Below are positions 1 through 13,961 of a stretch of 64,000 bases of DNA, piece after piece (the first letter of the stretch is position 1; each line of letters begins with the position of its first letter). The notes beneath the pieces are model-generated. The model saw only the letters and a program-made list of their open reading frames with translations, made no database searches and was not told the DNA's origin. The DNA is taken from NCBI GenBank assembly GCA_951406725.2, contig OX597833.1, positions 9,238,001 to 9,302,000 on the forward strand. The letters are read 5' to 3'. Source of the stretch: Octopus vulgaris. Taxonomy: Eukaryota. The position numbers and the translations under genes are program-made.

Positions 1-185
1 GGGCTACAGTGTCAAACTCCTTCCTTCACCAAAAGACAACCACATAGAATTGGTCAATTAAAAGGTAATTATACTGGTGGTGTCCCAGCATGGCTACAGC
101 CTTAGGGCTGAAACATACAAAAGAATAAAAGAAAAAGATTATATATTATTTATTACACACACGCAAGCGCACACACACACATATA

Positions 186-1477
186 TTAAGGTCTAGCATT
201 GAATGGCCTTAGGATCAATCTTGCAAAATCCTAATTCTTAGTAAGTAGGAAGGCAGATAAATCACAAATCCCTTCAGGTAGATGGCCCTGCTCGATCTGT
301 AGAAAAGGCATAGGTAGAAACTCCATAAGATGTACCCGGTGTAAGCTATGGACACATAAGAGGTGCAGCAATATCAAAGGAATGCTAACTGGGAAGATAG
401 TTTTTGTATGTGATAGATGCACAGGGGCAATAAACAGTGAAAATGTGTTGAAAACAGCTTCTGTCACATGCCAGGGAGAATAACTAGAAATAGTTGATAG
501 CTTCCATTACCTAGGTGATCAAGGGGATGGGGTGGATGCTCTCTGAGAGCATAGCTACTAGAATAAGAATAGCTTGGGCAAAGTTCAGAGAGCTCCTACC
601 GCTCTGCTGGTAACAAAGGGCCTCTTGCTCAGAGTGAAAGGTAGACTGTATGATGCATGTGTGCAAACAGCCATGCTACACGGCAGTGAAACATGGGCTG
701 TGACTACTGAGGACATGTGAAGGCTTGAAAGAAATGAAGCTTGTATGATCCACTGGATGCGTAATGTCAGTGTGCATAGATGACAGAGTGTAAGCGTCCT
801 GAGAGAAAAGATTGACCTAAGAAGCATCAGATGTGGTGTGCAAGAGAGACGACTGCACTGGTATGGTTATGTGTTGCGTATGGATGAGAACAGCTGTGTA
901 AAAAAGTATCACACTCTAACAGTAGAGGGAACCTGTGGAAGAGGTAGACCTAAGAAGACCTGGGATGAGGTGGTGAAGTACGGCTTGGGCATCATGGAGG
1001 CAATGACAAGCAACTGAGACCTTTAGATATATGCTGTGCTTGAGAAGACCCAGCAAGCCAAGTGAGACCGTAACCGTGACCTATGCCAGTGTTGCATAAT
1101 CGGCCCATTTAAGAGTACCCTTCAATCATTGGGCAATATATAATGTGCTTGAGAAGACCTGTTGAGTCAACTGAAATCATTATCATGGTTGATGCTAGTA
1201 CCACCTGACTGGCACCTGTGCTAGTGGAATGTAAAAGGCATCATTCGAGTGTGGTCGACGCCAGTGCCACCTGACTAGCCCCCATGCCAGTGACATGTAA
1301 AAAGCACCCACTACACTCTCACAGTGGTTGGCATTAGGAAGGGCATCAGCTATAGAAACCTTGCCAAATCAGACTGGAGTTTGGTGCAGCCTCCTGGCTT
1401 GCCAGTCATCAGTCAAACTGTCCAGCCTATGCCAGCATGGAAAGCAGATGTTAAATGATGATGATGATGATAATGAT
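186..1477 (+). mobile_element. RTE-clade LINE, 3' fragment (RT C-terminal part with PHD-like finger, 3'UTR, (TGA)n tail), degenerate
   Basis: Translation with stops: GRWPCSICRKGIGRNSIRCTRCKLWTHKRC...VDSFHYLGD...LVTKGLLLRVKGRLYDACVQTAMLHGSETWAVT...RGRPKKTW. Ends in atgatgatgatga. Same family recurs at 11230, 35590 and 36588. Confidence 0.85.
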
Positions 1478-1489
1478 ATATGTATATAT

Positions 1490-2432
1490 ATCCAAAGTTT
1501 CCTCACAACAGGGAGACTTCCCAAAAAGTTAAAGGAAGGCATTATATGCCCTATCCAAAAGGGAAGTAGCAGAGCAGACGCTAAGAATTGTAGACCTGTC
1601 TCTCAAACTTCCCATATCACCAAAGTCATGGAGCGCATTGTCAGAAAGAAACTAATTGTGTTCCTTGAAGACAATAACTTGCTTCCTGATACCCAGCATG
1701 GCTTTCGCTCGGGCAGAAGCTGCCTTTCACAGCTTTTGCAACACTATGACTGGGTGTTGAAGCAATTAATGAATCGCTCAAATGTAGATGTGATCTATCC
1801 TGACTTTGGAAAGGCCTTTAATAAGGTTGATCATGGGATGATATGTCACAAGACTCAGCATAACTGGGAAAATTGGAGAGTGGTTGCATGACTTCTTAAA
1901 AGACAGAAGCCAAGCTGTAGTAGCCAACGGAGCCCTCTCCACAGAGACATTAATAGAAAGTGGAGTGCCTCAGGGAACTGTATTGGGGGCACTACTGTTC
2001 ATAGTGGCTCTTTTAGACATGCCATCAGTTACACAGCCACACTTACTAGCTATGCTGACAATACAAAAGTAGTACAAGCAGTCAAGGAACCTTCTGATGC
2101 TAATCTTCTACAGAGAGATCTAGAAGCCATATATATGGGCTGAGGACAACATGCAATTTAATGTAGCCAAATTCAAAGCCCTCCACTACCAGTTAATTGG
2201 TGCTCACAACAATACTTTGGTCCAAAGGAGTGGCAATCCTAGAATCACATATTTTGAACCAAAAGGAGCAGCAATCCTAGAATCACATGTGGTGCATGAT
2301 CTTGAGATTGATATGAGCCACGATGCCTCATTTCACATGCATGTCACCGAGATGGTGGCAGTGTGCAGGCAAATGGCCAGATGGATTCTGAGAACCTTCA
2401 GAGCAAGGGACCAGGAAGCTATGCGGGTCCTA
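1490..2432 (+). mobile_element. CR1-clade LINE reverse transcriptase fragment, frameshifted
   Basis: ICPIQKG...NCRPVS...QHGFRSGRSCLSQL...DFGKAFNKVDH...SGVPQGTVLGALLF...YADNTK...MQFNVAKFKAL. Confidence 0.85.
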
Positions 2433-2434
2433 GT

Positions 2435-2945
2435 TGGGTTTTAACATTTAAAGAGAAGGGTGGTATGAACAACAACCCTTTCTGGTGTCACTTTCTCGTG
2501 GAAGGGTTAGGTTCTGGCATGTAACTAATCCTATCCTTGAAACCACTGGCTGCCAGAGCCTCATTGTAGCATGAGGTGGCAGCATTGAAAATCTCTTTGC
2601 CTGAAGATAAGCTGGAGATTCTTCTGCTGATGCTCTTTACCAGGTTCTTGAAAACTATAGCTGGTTGGCAGAAACCTGTGTTAATGTATGATAGCTTCTT
2701 GTTTGGCTTCCTAAAAAATCTATAGGCACCAGACTCCAAGTCCAGGATCACATCAAGGAAATCCACCATTTTTAGGTTGGTTTCTATTGTAACCTTCAGT
2801 CCAAAGGAGTTCATGGTGCTGGTGAGGTCTTTTCTAAGCCTATCTAGTATGTGGCCATTTGCTCCTCTTCATATTGCTAGTGCATCATCCCTTTTGAGGC
2901 CAAAGCTAGTTGAAGGGAATTTCTTTTTATCAAACCAAATGGGCA
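2435..2945 (-). mobile_element. Penelope-like element RT/thumb fragment
   Basis: RDDALAI...GLKVTIETNLKMVDFLDVILDLESGAYRFFRKPNKKLSYIN...SISRRISSLSS...YNEALAASGF, typical of the PLE RT C-terminal region. Confidence 0.8.
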
Positions 2946-3069
2946 ACCAAATATGTGAAAGTATGTAGAAGCAATTGATGGCCCTTTCAGGACCCACTTT
3001 AACAACCACAAGTCCTCCTTTCCAACAATTTAATTTGTGTGTATATGAAATATTAACAACAACAATAAT

Positions 3070-3250
3070 AATGGCTTCAAATTTTGGCACTAGGCCAGCA
3101 AGGGGAGAGGCAAGTTGATTACATCCATTCCAGTGCCCAACTTGTATGTTATTTTATTGACCCTGAAAAGATGACAGGCAAACTCAGAACATAAAGAAAC
3201 AGAAGTACTGCTAAGCATTTTGCCATATATACTAATGATTCTTCCACAAT
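3070..3250 (-). mobile_element. Degenerate SINE (same family as 17687-17900)
   Basis: Shares ttattgaccctgaaaagatga...gcaaa and ctgctaagcatttt with the copies at 7190, 10262 and 17687. Confidence 0.55.
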
Positions 3251-4254
3251 AATTTAAATAATGATTAGGTATCTGAGTAATTAATGAGTATTTAATCATA
3301 AGTACACAGATCCCTAATATTGACATAATACAAACAATAATTCAGAAACGATTCTGCCTTAATTTCTGCACTCTGGTACACCATCACATTACGCACATCT
3401 CACCCCTCAAACAGTCTGTCTTCCTCAATATCTACACAATCGTACACCATCACACTACCATATACATGTCCCCCACGATACAGTCTAACTTTGTTTTAAT
3501 CAATTGACAAATACTTCCCAGTCATAAAATGGAATAGTAAAGTAGCTAAATGTCTCTCCATCTATAAAGACCACGGATGACAAAACCTATCATCTGAGTC
3601 ACTTGCTCAAAAAAATATAATGTTATATTTCTAGACAACAAAACAACAATTTGAATGATTAGCTTCAGAGTAAAATCTCCCCTTTGCTTCTAAATTCTAG
3701 TCTTTCATTGACATAAATTCTTTATCAAACGACTTCATTTTGACTTAGAAAAAAATCTTATTAAATGCCGCAAGGAAAAGTATCTCTGTGAACTTTAAAA
3801 GAGCAGCTTTAGTCTACATTTGTGGTAACTATTAATAGATATTAATCTGGCTGAAACTAACCTAATCAATGAAAAGTTATTTTATACAATGGCAACAATT
3901 GATTTCTGATTGATACATAGTTCAGGCAAATCAATGACATTGAAAATACATTACATTTGATTAAGAAAGGAAACAAATCAATGATTTGAAAGGTTACTTT
4001 CCAAACCCCTCTTTCAATATTTGATTAAATTAGCACCAAATTTGGATAACAAATACACTTAACTGTTTCATAGCTGAAGCAAATGAAATATTTCTAAACT
4101 GGATACATTTTGTGCAAAAGATAGATTGTTGTTGGTCATTTTACTAGAGTATGTTTATAGCAAACAGATCTCAGAGCAACTAAAATATACAATAAAGATA
4201 CTAACATTTCTCAGACTAGCCTTGGGGAGTGCTGTATCCAAATTAATAGTAGGT

Positions 4255-4285
<31 letters not shown>

Positions 4286-5844
4286 GAGAGAAAGAGAGAG
4301 GGAGATGTTACCAACTATTTATGCAATGGTGTGATAGGGAAAGAGATGTTACTATTTATACAATGGTATAAACAGTATGTAACATCTCTTTCTTTGCTCC
4401 GTTCTGTTTACTGACCGGTGAGATTGTCAGTAATTACAGAAGCACATAAGCCTTGCATGTTTATAAACGAACAATGTGGATTAGTTTTTGGTGTTGACTC
4501 TACTGACCATTGCCAACACTGAGCATCTTTACTCATCAAATATTCCAGTGATTATATTTAATTATCTCATCAACATAAAAGCCCTTAAGACAAGATTCAT
4601 GTTGTATATCTTTGATGGAACAAGACATCATTTGAGAATGTTGTTGTATACATATGTAGTTATGAGTCAATGTCTCCATTGTTCATGTCCCTCTCCCTTG
4701 GACCATTTTGAAGTGATTATCAAAATGGCTGTATGAAATATAGAAGCACCAACCTTAATAAACTGGTCGATACAGATTAAAAGATCACAGAGTTGCAATA
4801 AAGAAGGATCAGATAACCAACAGGAATTAAATGCTGTGCTATTTATAAAAGTGATCCTAATTAGCAATATGTATTAGAAGATAAAAATGAAAAACCACAA
4901 ATGTTTAGAAAAATCTGAAATCGATCATCCAAACAATTGTTGGTTAAGGACTTTGATAGTAGTAGCTCTGTTTTAACAAGTTGTGAAAGTGAAATAGTAC
5001 AAGACTCCAATAATAATATTAAAATCAATGTTGTTGTTTTCTCCAAAATAATCATAAATAAATACACACACATCAATATATCTTTCTATGGATCAAACAC
5101 TGATGGGTTTTGTTTATTCAGTCTCTGGATTAAGAGCAACAAGGTGGTAATGTTCGAAATTGCCTTCTTTACAATTAAGAAATAAAAACAGTGAATAGAA
5201 TATTAGAAATAAAAAAAAACAACAAAAAAAAAACAATTTAATAATTTAAAATTTCAAAAGCATTTTCTACACAGAGAACAATCTGTATAAATTTATAAAA
5301 CAAAAACAACACCAATCTGTAAGTGACTATTGTAAATATGCCTTTCGGTGTTAGGTAAGAGTTCAAAGACTGCATGTCTCAGGACCCTGAAGTGGGTCCG
5401 GGAGGGAATAGCTTAAATCTAAAGATGATTGCTTCTGATAAGGTACCAGGGAGGAGGTGTTTGAGGACTCTATCCCCATTACCCTCAGGGGTGGTCATGG
5501 ATATATATGGGTTGGGCTCTGTTTTCTATGTGTGTGTGTATTTCTATACTTATATGTATGTATATATATGTCTCTGTAGATGTGCTTCCATGTGTGTGTA
5601 TGTTTTTTTGTTTTACTCCAGTTCAATGTGCTGAAAAATACATTTGTCTTAAAAAAGGTAGGACCCAATGGATAATGTAGTCCTAAATATATTATGACTG
5701 AATAAAAGACAAGATGGTCATGGCTGGGATGTTTTTGATGATAAGTCTGCTTGATCAGGGTTAAACAAAAATAGCATTTCACATAATCAACTCTGTAACA
5801 TAAATTCCATAGGAAATAACTTATTAGTTTGGGACAGTTTTTTA

Positions 5845-5887
<43 letters not shown>

Positions 5888-6569
5888 ATCCTCCATTGTC
5901 TCATCATAACATGTATGGCAGTACATGGAACCTAATTCTTCTTTCTCCAGCAAATATTTTTACATCTGCCTGGCTAAATTGTGCAAGGTGGCTCCAGTGA
6001 CACAGATATTGGTTCTACCAAAGTAATGAGCTGAACAACTTACTGTGATATCTACACTTGCTCTAAATCATTCCAAGACTACTTCTGTATTAGACTAACT
6101 TTCAGTTTATCATTGCCTTCTGCTTCATTCCTGCAACCTCAACAAATGAACGTATCTCTTATGAAAGGTCACTAAGAATAAACAAAATAACAACAACCAT
6201 AAACATTAGAAAGATTAAGATGTGATATCTGCAGAGATGATATTTTCTCTGAAAATAGAACATAGATATAAAATATCATTCTTACATCTGATAGGAATCA
6301 AACTATTTCATAAACCAATATTTGTGTTAAATGAAATATCATCATTCTCGAATCAAAAGAAACCAGAGGCAACCTGCACCATTAAAAAAAGTTAGTTTTT
6401 GGTAATTTGTTTTAAACCTTCTGGATATTTGTTATAGAAAAAATTACAAATATTAATCACATTTTTATTGCTGAATTCTATATATTTGATGTTGTGGATA
6501 TATCTAAATGTTGTTGTTGGTAACATTCCATCTCAAATTAATGTGGCAACAACACTGAGTCAATGACAA

Positions 6570-6830
6570 AATAGCAACACTAATACAGTAGCAATGGAGG
6601 AATAACATCAGCATTGTAGCTATAAAGAAACAACAACATCAATACTGTAGTCCAGAAGAAATAGAAAAAGGTAACAGTGTAGCTATGAAGAAACAGCAAC
6701 AGTGCAGCTCTGAAGAAGTAGCAACAGCAACGCTGTGGCTATGAAGAAATAGCAATGACAATACAGTAGTTCTGGAGAAGTAGCAACAGCAACAATGTAA
6801 TTCCGAAGAAGTAACAAACTGCAATATTGT
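6570..6830. repeat. Degenerate minisatellite, ~21-30 bp unit (TGTAGCTATGAAGAAATAGCAACAGCAACA-like)
   Basis: Recurring gtagc...gaagaa(a/g)tagcaaca motifs. Confidence 0.55.
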
Positions 6831-7189
6831 AGTTTTGTGTTACCATCATCCACGAATCCACCCCTGCCACTAGATATTCTAAAGTTATTTTTGTAATATA
6901 TTCTAATTTATTACTATTGAGACAATAAATCTATAGAGCAGAAATTGGTAACACCATGACAGAAGCACACCATAATCAGTGTGAAGCTAAGGAAAGCCAA
7001 GGATTTTATTATTTTTCTTCCAAATCAATCAATAATCAAATGAACATTTTATATAAAAACCATTTTACAGCAAAGTCAGAATGAGAGATAGAAGAGAAAA
7101 CTTATTCAGTTAATAGCTTGATATAGCTGGCTTTGAGTCTGTTAACAGCAATATGAATATACAGCAATGATGATGATGATGATGATAGT

Positions 7190-7516
7190 AATGGTTTTAA
7201 ATTTTGGCACAAGGTCAGAAGTTTTTGCAGGAAGGAGGTAGTTGGTTACATCAGCCTCAGTACTTAACTGGTACTTATTTTAATAACCCGAAAAAGAGGA
7301 TAGGCAATGTCATTCAAATTTTGGGACTAGGCCAGCAATTCAGGGAGGAGTAAGTTGAAGGCATCGACCCCACTACTCAACTGGTACTTATTTTATCAAC
7401 CCTGAAAGGATGAAAGGCAAAGTCAGCCTCAGTGGAATTTGAACTAAGAATGTAAAGATGGACGAAATGCTGTTGAGCATTTTGTCTGGCATGCTAACAA
7501 TTCTGCCAGCTCTCCC
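7190..7516 (-). mobile_element. SINE with duplicated 3' portion
   Basis: Two copies of aaattttgg..ca..gccagca...aactggtacttatttta, followed by cctgaaaggatgaaaggcaaagtc...ttctgccagct. Confidence 0.7.
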
Positions 7517-7518
7517 CC

Positions 7519-7538
7519 ATAATAATGATGATGACGAC

Positions 7539-7591
<53 letters not shown>

Positions 7592-7800
7592 GAAGAAGAA
7601 GAAGAAGAAAATGAAGACAACATAAAGAAAGAAGGAGCAAGAAATAATCAAATTTTGAATAAAAGAAAAAAGAGAGAGAAAAAAGAAAAAAGAAAAAGAT
7701 AGGAAGAAGAAAGAAGAAAATTAAAAAGTAAATGAAGAAAAGGAAAAAAAGGAAAAGACAAAAAAATGAAAGGAAGAATAAGGTCAAGATGTAAAGAATA
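7519..7800. repeat. (AAT)n/(AAG)n microsatellite and purine-rich tract
   Basis: Directly visible. Confidence 0.9.
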
Positions 7801-8121
7801 AGAAAATAAAAGCTATTTTGATATAAGTTTTAAAAGGAGGATTTGAAATTCTAATTGTAATAACAGTTGATAAAACCATAACTGGGCTTCGTGTATAACA
7901 TCAGAGACAGCAGTTTGTCTCATAAACAATGGACTGATCCACTTGCTTCAGCAGCATAAAACTGTATACAACCTCACAAACTGCATATAATTTGTGCTGA
8001 CACATGCCACTGACAGTTTGTTGTGCAACCGGTTCTATTGCGAGACTCTCACCTGTGCTTATGAACTTATTCAATTGTTTAATAAGTATTTCTGATGGTT
8101 CCATATCAGTGAATCTACCTC

Positions 8122-8306
8122 TTCCACCACTGCCACTGCAGCAACACCACCAACAATAACAACAACAGCAACTACTACTACTACTACTACCCCCCACCAT
8201 CACCACCACCACAACAACAACAACAACACAACTACTACTACTACTACTACTACTACTAACCCCCACCATCACCACCACCACCACCACCACCACAACAACA
8301 ACAGCA

Positions 8307-8338
<32 letters not shown>

Positions 8339-8400
8339 CCCCCAACCATCACCACCACCACCACCACCACCACAACAACAACAACAAGCCCAGCAACAGA
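8122..8400. repeat. Compound CAC/CAA/CTA trinucleotide array with a ~70 bp higher-order period
   Basis: Blocks cccc-accatc-(acc)n-(aca)n-(act)n repeat about three times. Confidence 0.85.
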
Positions 8401-8645
8401 AATGGAAGATGGCAGCAAAGATTACTTGCAAAACTTGCAGCCTTGTTACTGTTCTTCCAATAGAAAAAATATAATCTCACAGAAACCACCCAAAACTCCA
8501 TGGTTATTGTCACTAAACAAAGAATTATGCAGCAAATGGTGGTGGCCACCTCAACCAACAGGGAATTTGTGTTTCGTGGTGATTCAAATTTCAATAAGAG
8601 TACATTGCTGCTTGGATGGCCAGACTCCCCATCACCACAGACATA

Positions 8646-8708
<63 letters not shown>

Positions 8709-10261
8709 GCATGCATCTGCATGTGTGCACACACATAAGTATTCTTGCATATTTATGTATAGCATCATCATTTTTACATCCACTTTCTATGCTTGTCTGT
8801 GATAGATTTCCAATCCATGCCAGTGTAGGAAGATCATCACAGTTCAAATAATTTCTAATTGGGAGCTGTTGCTTCCATTGAAAGGTGCTTCAACATGTTT
8901 GGTTTGGTTTTCAGGACAGGATGCTCTTCCTATCACCAACCACTTTACACAGTGTACTGGATACATTTTCTTATGGCACCAACACTAGAGGAGTTAAGTA
9001 GTCCTTGATGAGACAAACCAAAGAGACCTTACAATCCCATACTTTTGTGTGAGTCTATGTGCACACACACACACACACATTTTTATCAGTACTGGAGATA
9101 GTATAGAGGTATTTTAATTCTGTTACCTGAAACCACACACATTCTATAATAAAATGAAAAAGAGCTAAGAAGAACAATTTGCCTGATTCCAAACTTATAA
9201 TTTGAACTATTTCAAACAAAATATTTTCACCTGGTATTTCTTTTTCAGTCTTGATATTATCAATAAATAAAGAGATCACTGATGAAATCTGAAACAATTT
9301 TTTTAAACATTTATATAAACTATTTTAGAGAGAGCATTCTTTCGAGTTAAGAATAAGTAAATATTTCAGACAACTGTTTACTTGTTATATTTATTCTCCA
9401 GTGAAGAAGGTAAACTTGCCAGAACCTATGGAAACTACTTACAATAAATATTTACATTAGCAGGAAGCAGTAGCCAGATGTTAGTTTATATGTGTGTGTG
9501 TGTGTGTGTATGTGTGTGTGTGCGTGTGTGTGTGCGTGCGTGCATGCATGTATTTTTTTATATATGTAGTTTATACACTTTTATACTCAGTTTTACATTC
9601 ATATATGTAATCTTATATATTATTTATATACTAAGTTAGTTTCTGTTTAAACAATAAGTAAAATTTATACTAAATCATAATCAAATTTCAGAGTAAAATA
9701 AGTTTTACAATATTTCTCCATTTCTTAAATCTGCTTTTATATTCAAAGTTTAAATTTTCTTGTATTTTTCTTTACTTTCCTTGTTTTTCTTTCTTACAGA
9801 CCATTGTGAAACACAGGTACAGCTGTATGGTTATGGAATTTACTTTCTAATCATATTGTCACGAGTTCTAACTTGCTGCACGGCACCTTGAGTAAGTATC
9901 TTTCATTTTAGCCTTAGGCTTGCCAATACTTTGTGGGTGGAATTAGTTGAAGGAAACTGTTTGGAAGCTTATTGCATGCAACATACACACACTCACTCAC
10001 ATATATATGCTTTCATGAATATGTTAGTGCGTGTGTGTGTGTTTATGTGAATGTTTACAGTAATGTTTGTTAACATTCCCTCTAAATCTGCACTTACAAG
10101 GACAGATGGATTAAAGACCTTCACCCTTACTTGAAAATAGGCAAGGATTTGCAATGGGAAACACATCTGGTTGTGAAACAATGTCTCCATAAATGTATAT
10201 TCATCTATCTTATGCCAGTGTGGGATAAAAATAGATATAAATTGAGCCAAAATAGTCTATA

Positions 10262-10476
10262 TTCTTTTCTACTCAAGGCACGAGCCTGAACTTTTTTGGG
10301 GGAGGGGGCCAGTCGATTAGCTCAACCCCAGTATGCAACGAGCACTCAATTTATTGACCCTGAAAGGATGAAAGGCAAAGTCGACCGTGGCAGAATTTGA
10401 ACTCACAACGTAGACAGATGAAATACTGCTAAGCATTTCACCCGGTGTGCTAATGTTTCTGCCAGCTTGCCACCTT
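10262..10476 (-). mobile_element. SINE, near full length
   Basis: Reverse complement of the 17687-17900 copy (ggtggcaagctggcagaaacattagc...). Confidence 0.8.
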
Positions 10477-11229
10477 ACAAAAAAGTCTATATTGAAGAGT
10501 GACTTGAATTAAATGGTTGGGATTAAATCAAAGTGAGCTTCATAAAAGCTGCGTCCACCTTCATGGAGAATGCTGACTGAAAGCTATATATCATATTCAT
10601 CATAAGAAAAGCTTTGTATTGAAAATGGTACTTAAAATCAGAAGGATGGAATATGAAAGAGTTGCAAGGCAACCATAAATTATTCATTGGTGTGTAAAGG
10701 ATTGCATCATTCTTTTGGACTTAGCAACTATACCATTTAACTCTTGGTTAGAAAGACTATTTCACCAAGGGCTATTGATCTGTGGGGCTGGAACACAGAT
10801 GAAATCTCACTTGTATAGTTCCCAATGTATTAAGCATTACCAATTAAGCTTTAGTCAAATTTTTATTATGAGATACAAAGCCAATTTTCTGTTTGAGAAG
10901 AGAACAGTAAATAGAATCAGATTGTTATTTCATGTATTAATCCTGAAGGAATGAAAAGTAAATTTGACCATCTGTTTTAAAATAGAATGTCTACTTTGAA
11001 ATATTTGGCTGTTTCTTCCATTTCATTCAATGACGATAATACAAATATTCAAACACGTTAGTTTGGCCAAATACTCAAACAAAAGACAATTTAAGTCTCT
11101 CCAAATACTAAAAATCAATAGAAATAGGGAAATAAAATAATCTTTTAATTTTTTTAAAAACCAAATTGAGAATGATATTCAATCCTGTTTCTAAGTGAAA
11201 CCCTTGAATTATATTCCATAAAATATATG

Positions 11230-11470
11230 CCAGGGGGGGAAACTAAGAAGTAGTTAATAGCTTCCACCACGCAGATGACCAAATCTGTGGTGGGGGTGGT
11301 TGCTCTGAGAGAGTAGTGGCTAGAATAAGAAGAGCCCGGGCAAAGTTCAGGGTGCTCCTACCTCTGCTGGCAACTAAGGGCCTCTTGCTCAGGATGAAAG
11401 GTAGATTATGATGCATGTGTGTGAACTGCCATGCTACATGGCAGTGAAACATGGGCCATGACAGCTGAGG
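11230..11470 (+). mobile_element. RTE LINE internal fragment
   Basis: Matches 470-715 (agttcag..gctcctacctctgctgg...ggcagtgaaacatgggc). Confidence 0.8.
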
Positions 11471-11524
11471 ACACATCTGATTGTGAAACAATGTCTCCAT
11501 AAACGTATATTCAAGAATACTAGG

Positions 11525-12280
<756 letters not shown>

Positions 12281-13896
12281 AGGAAAAATAACAGAAACAT
12301 CTAACGTTAACCTTGACCAACCAGTAGAATATCATAAAAGAGTTAGATCCAGTGGAGAGCTACAAATACCTAGGGGTAATTGTAGGGAATGGAATAAGGC
12401 ATTCAGTGATGAAGGAAAGGATCAAGAGAGAATGTTATCACAGAGTAAGAGCAATATTCAAGACAGAGGTGAATGCGAGAAACAGGATCGAAGCAATCAA
12501 TGCCTTAACCATACCAGTCGTGACTTACAGTTTCAATATAGTTAACTGGTCAATTACTGAAATATGTAATCTTGACAGAAAAATACGAAAACTGTTGACA
12601 GTCCATAGAATGCACCACCCTAAGGCTGATATAGAACAACTTTATCTGCCAAGAAAAGAGGGAGGCTGTGGACTTTTACAACTGGCATTAACAATGAAGA
12701 TTGCCACAATTGGCCGAGACACCTACCTGAAAAACTCTGAGGACTGGATGTTAAAACTTGTCTCAAAACATGAAAACAAGAAAGCATCATACTCAATAAC
12801 AAAACAGGCAAAGGAATATCTAAGTGAATTCCAAATATAACAAATTCCGGAATTAGACATACAAGAAACAAGCACAGAAAAAGCTAAGCGCATGAAAACC
12901 CGTGCTAAAACTGCTACCTTAGATATTCTGACTGATAAATGGCAAGAAAAACCTCTCAATGGCAAATACCCAAAGAGAGCGAATAATGCCGATGTTGACA
13001 AAGCCCTGACCCATCAATGGCTAATGGCCTCTAGATTAAGATCTGAAACAGAAGGGTTTATCATAGCAGTTCAAGATCAATGCCTACCTACAAGGAATTA
13101 CAAGGCCAACATATTAAAGAATGGTAGTAGTCCAACATGTCATATATGTCAACAGTAAAATGAAACCATTGATCATGTTGTCTCCAAGTGCAGTCTTCTT
13201 GCACCAACAGAGTATCTCAACAGGCATGATAGAGCTGCACAATATATTCACTGGGTAATTTGCAAAAGCCTGGACTTGCCCCATGATAAAAACTGGTGGG
13301 AACACAAACCACCTCCAGTGCTTGAAAATGATCACATCTCACTCCTCTGGAACTTCACCATTCAAACTGACAGGAAGATAGATGCAAATAGGCCAGACAT
13401 CATATTGAAAGACTTCAGACAAAGAACATGCCTCCTCATTGATATGGCTGTCTCAATCGATATAAACGTATCTGTCAAGACCTACCAAAAACTGAGCAAA
13501 TATAAAAATCTTGAAATAGAAATCAGCAAAATGTGGAACCTCAAGTCTAAAACAATACTTGTTGTCATAGGTGCCCTGGGAAAGATAGTAAAAAGGGCTG
13601 ATTGCTACCTAGCTCAGATACCAGGAAACCCCAAAATGGCAGAAATTCAAAAGATAGTGCTCATGGGAACTGCACATATCCTACACAAAATACTTTCTAT
13701 GTAATCTCAAGTTTTAAAATGAACATAATTTTCTTATGGTTTCTTAAACATTCTCTAGAACAACACTAAGTACAAAACCAAATATATGGCACCCTAGGCA
13801 TAGCACCAACATGAACTTCTAACTTGTTGTCTCTTGAGGTCTCTGGGTGAGACTTGGAGCCAACTTGTACAAATGTAAAGCAAAAGTCAAACATAA
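12281..13896 (+). mobile_element. R4/Dong-clade non-LTR retrotransposon, 5'-truncated, with CCHC knuckle and restriction-like endonuclease
   Basis: YKYLGV...LYLPRKEGGCGL...QDQCLPTRNY...CHICQQ*NETIDHVVSKC...RHD...LWNFTIQTDRKIDANRPDII...LLIDMAV...KLSKY. Flanked by (AAT)n on both sides. Confidence 0.9.

Positions 13897-13961
<65 letters not shown>

Noticed and set aside
7901-8431. 176-aa minus-strand ORF
   Set aside because: Mostly trinucleotide repeats; the unique part has no recognisable homology and no good splice acceptor.
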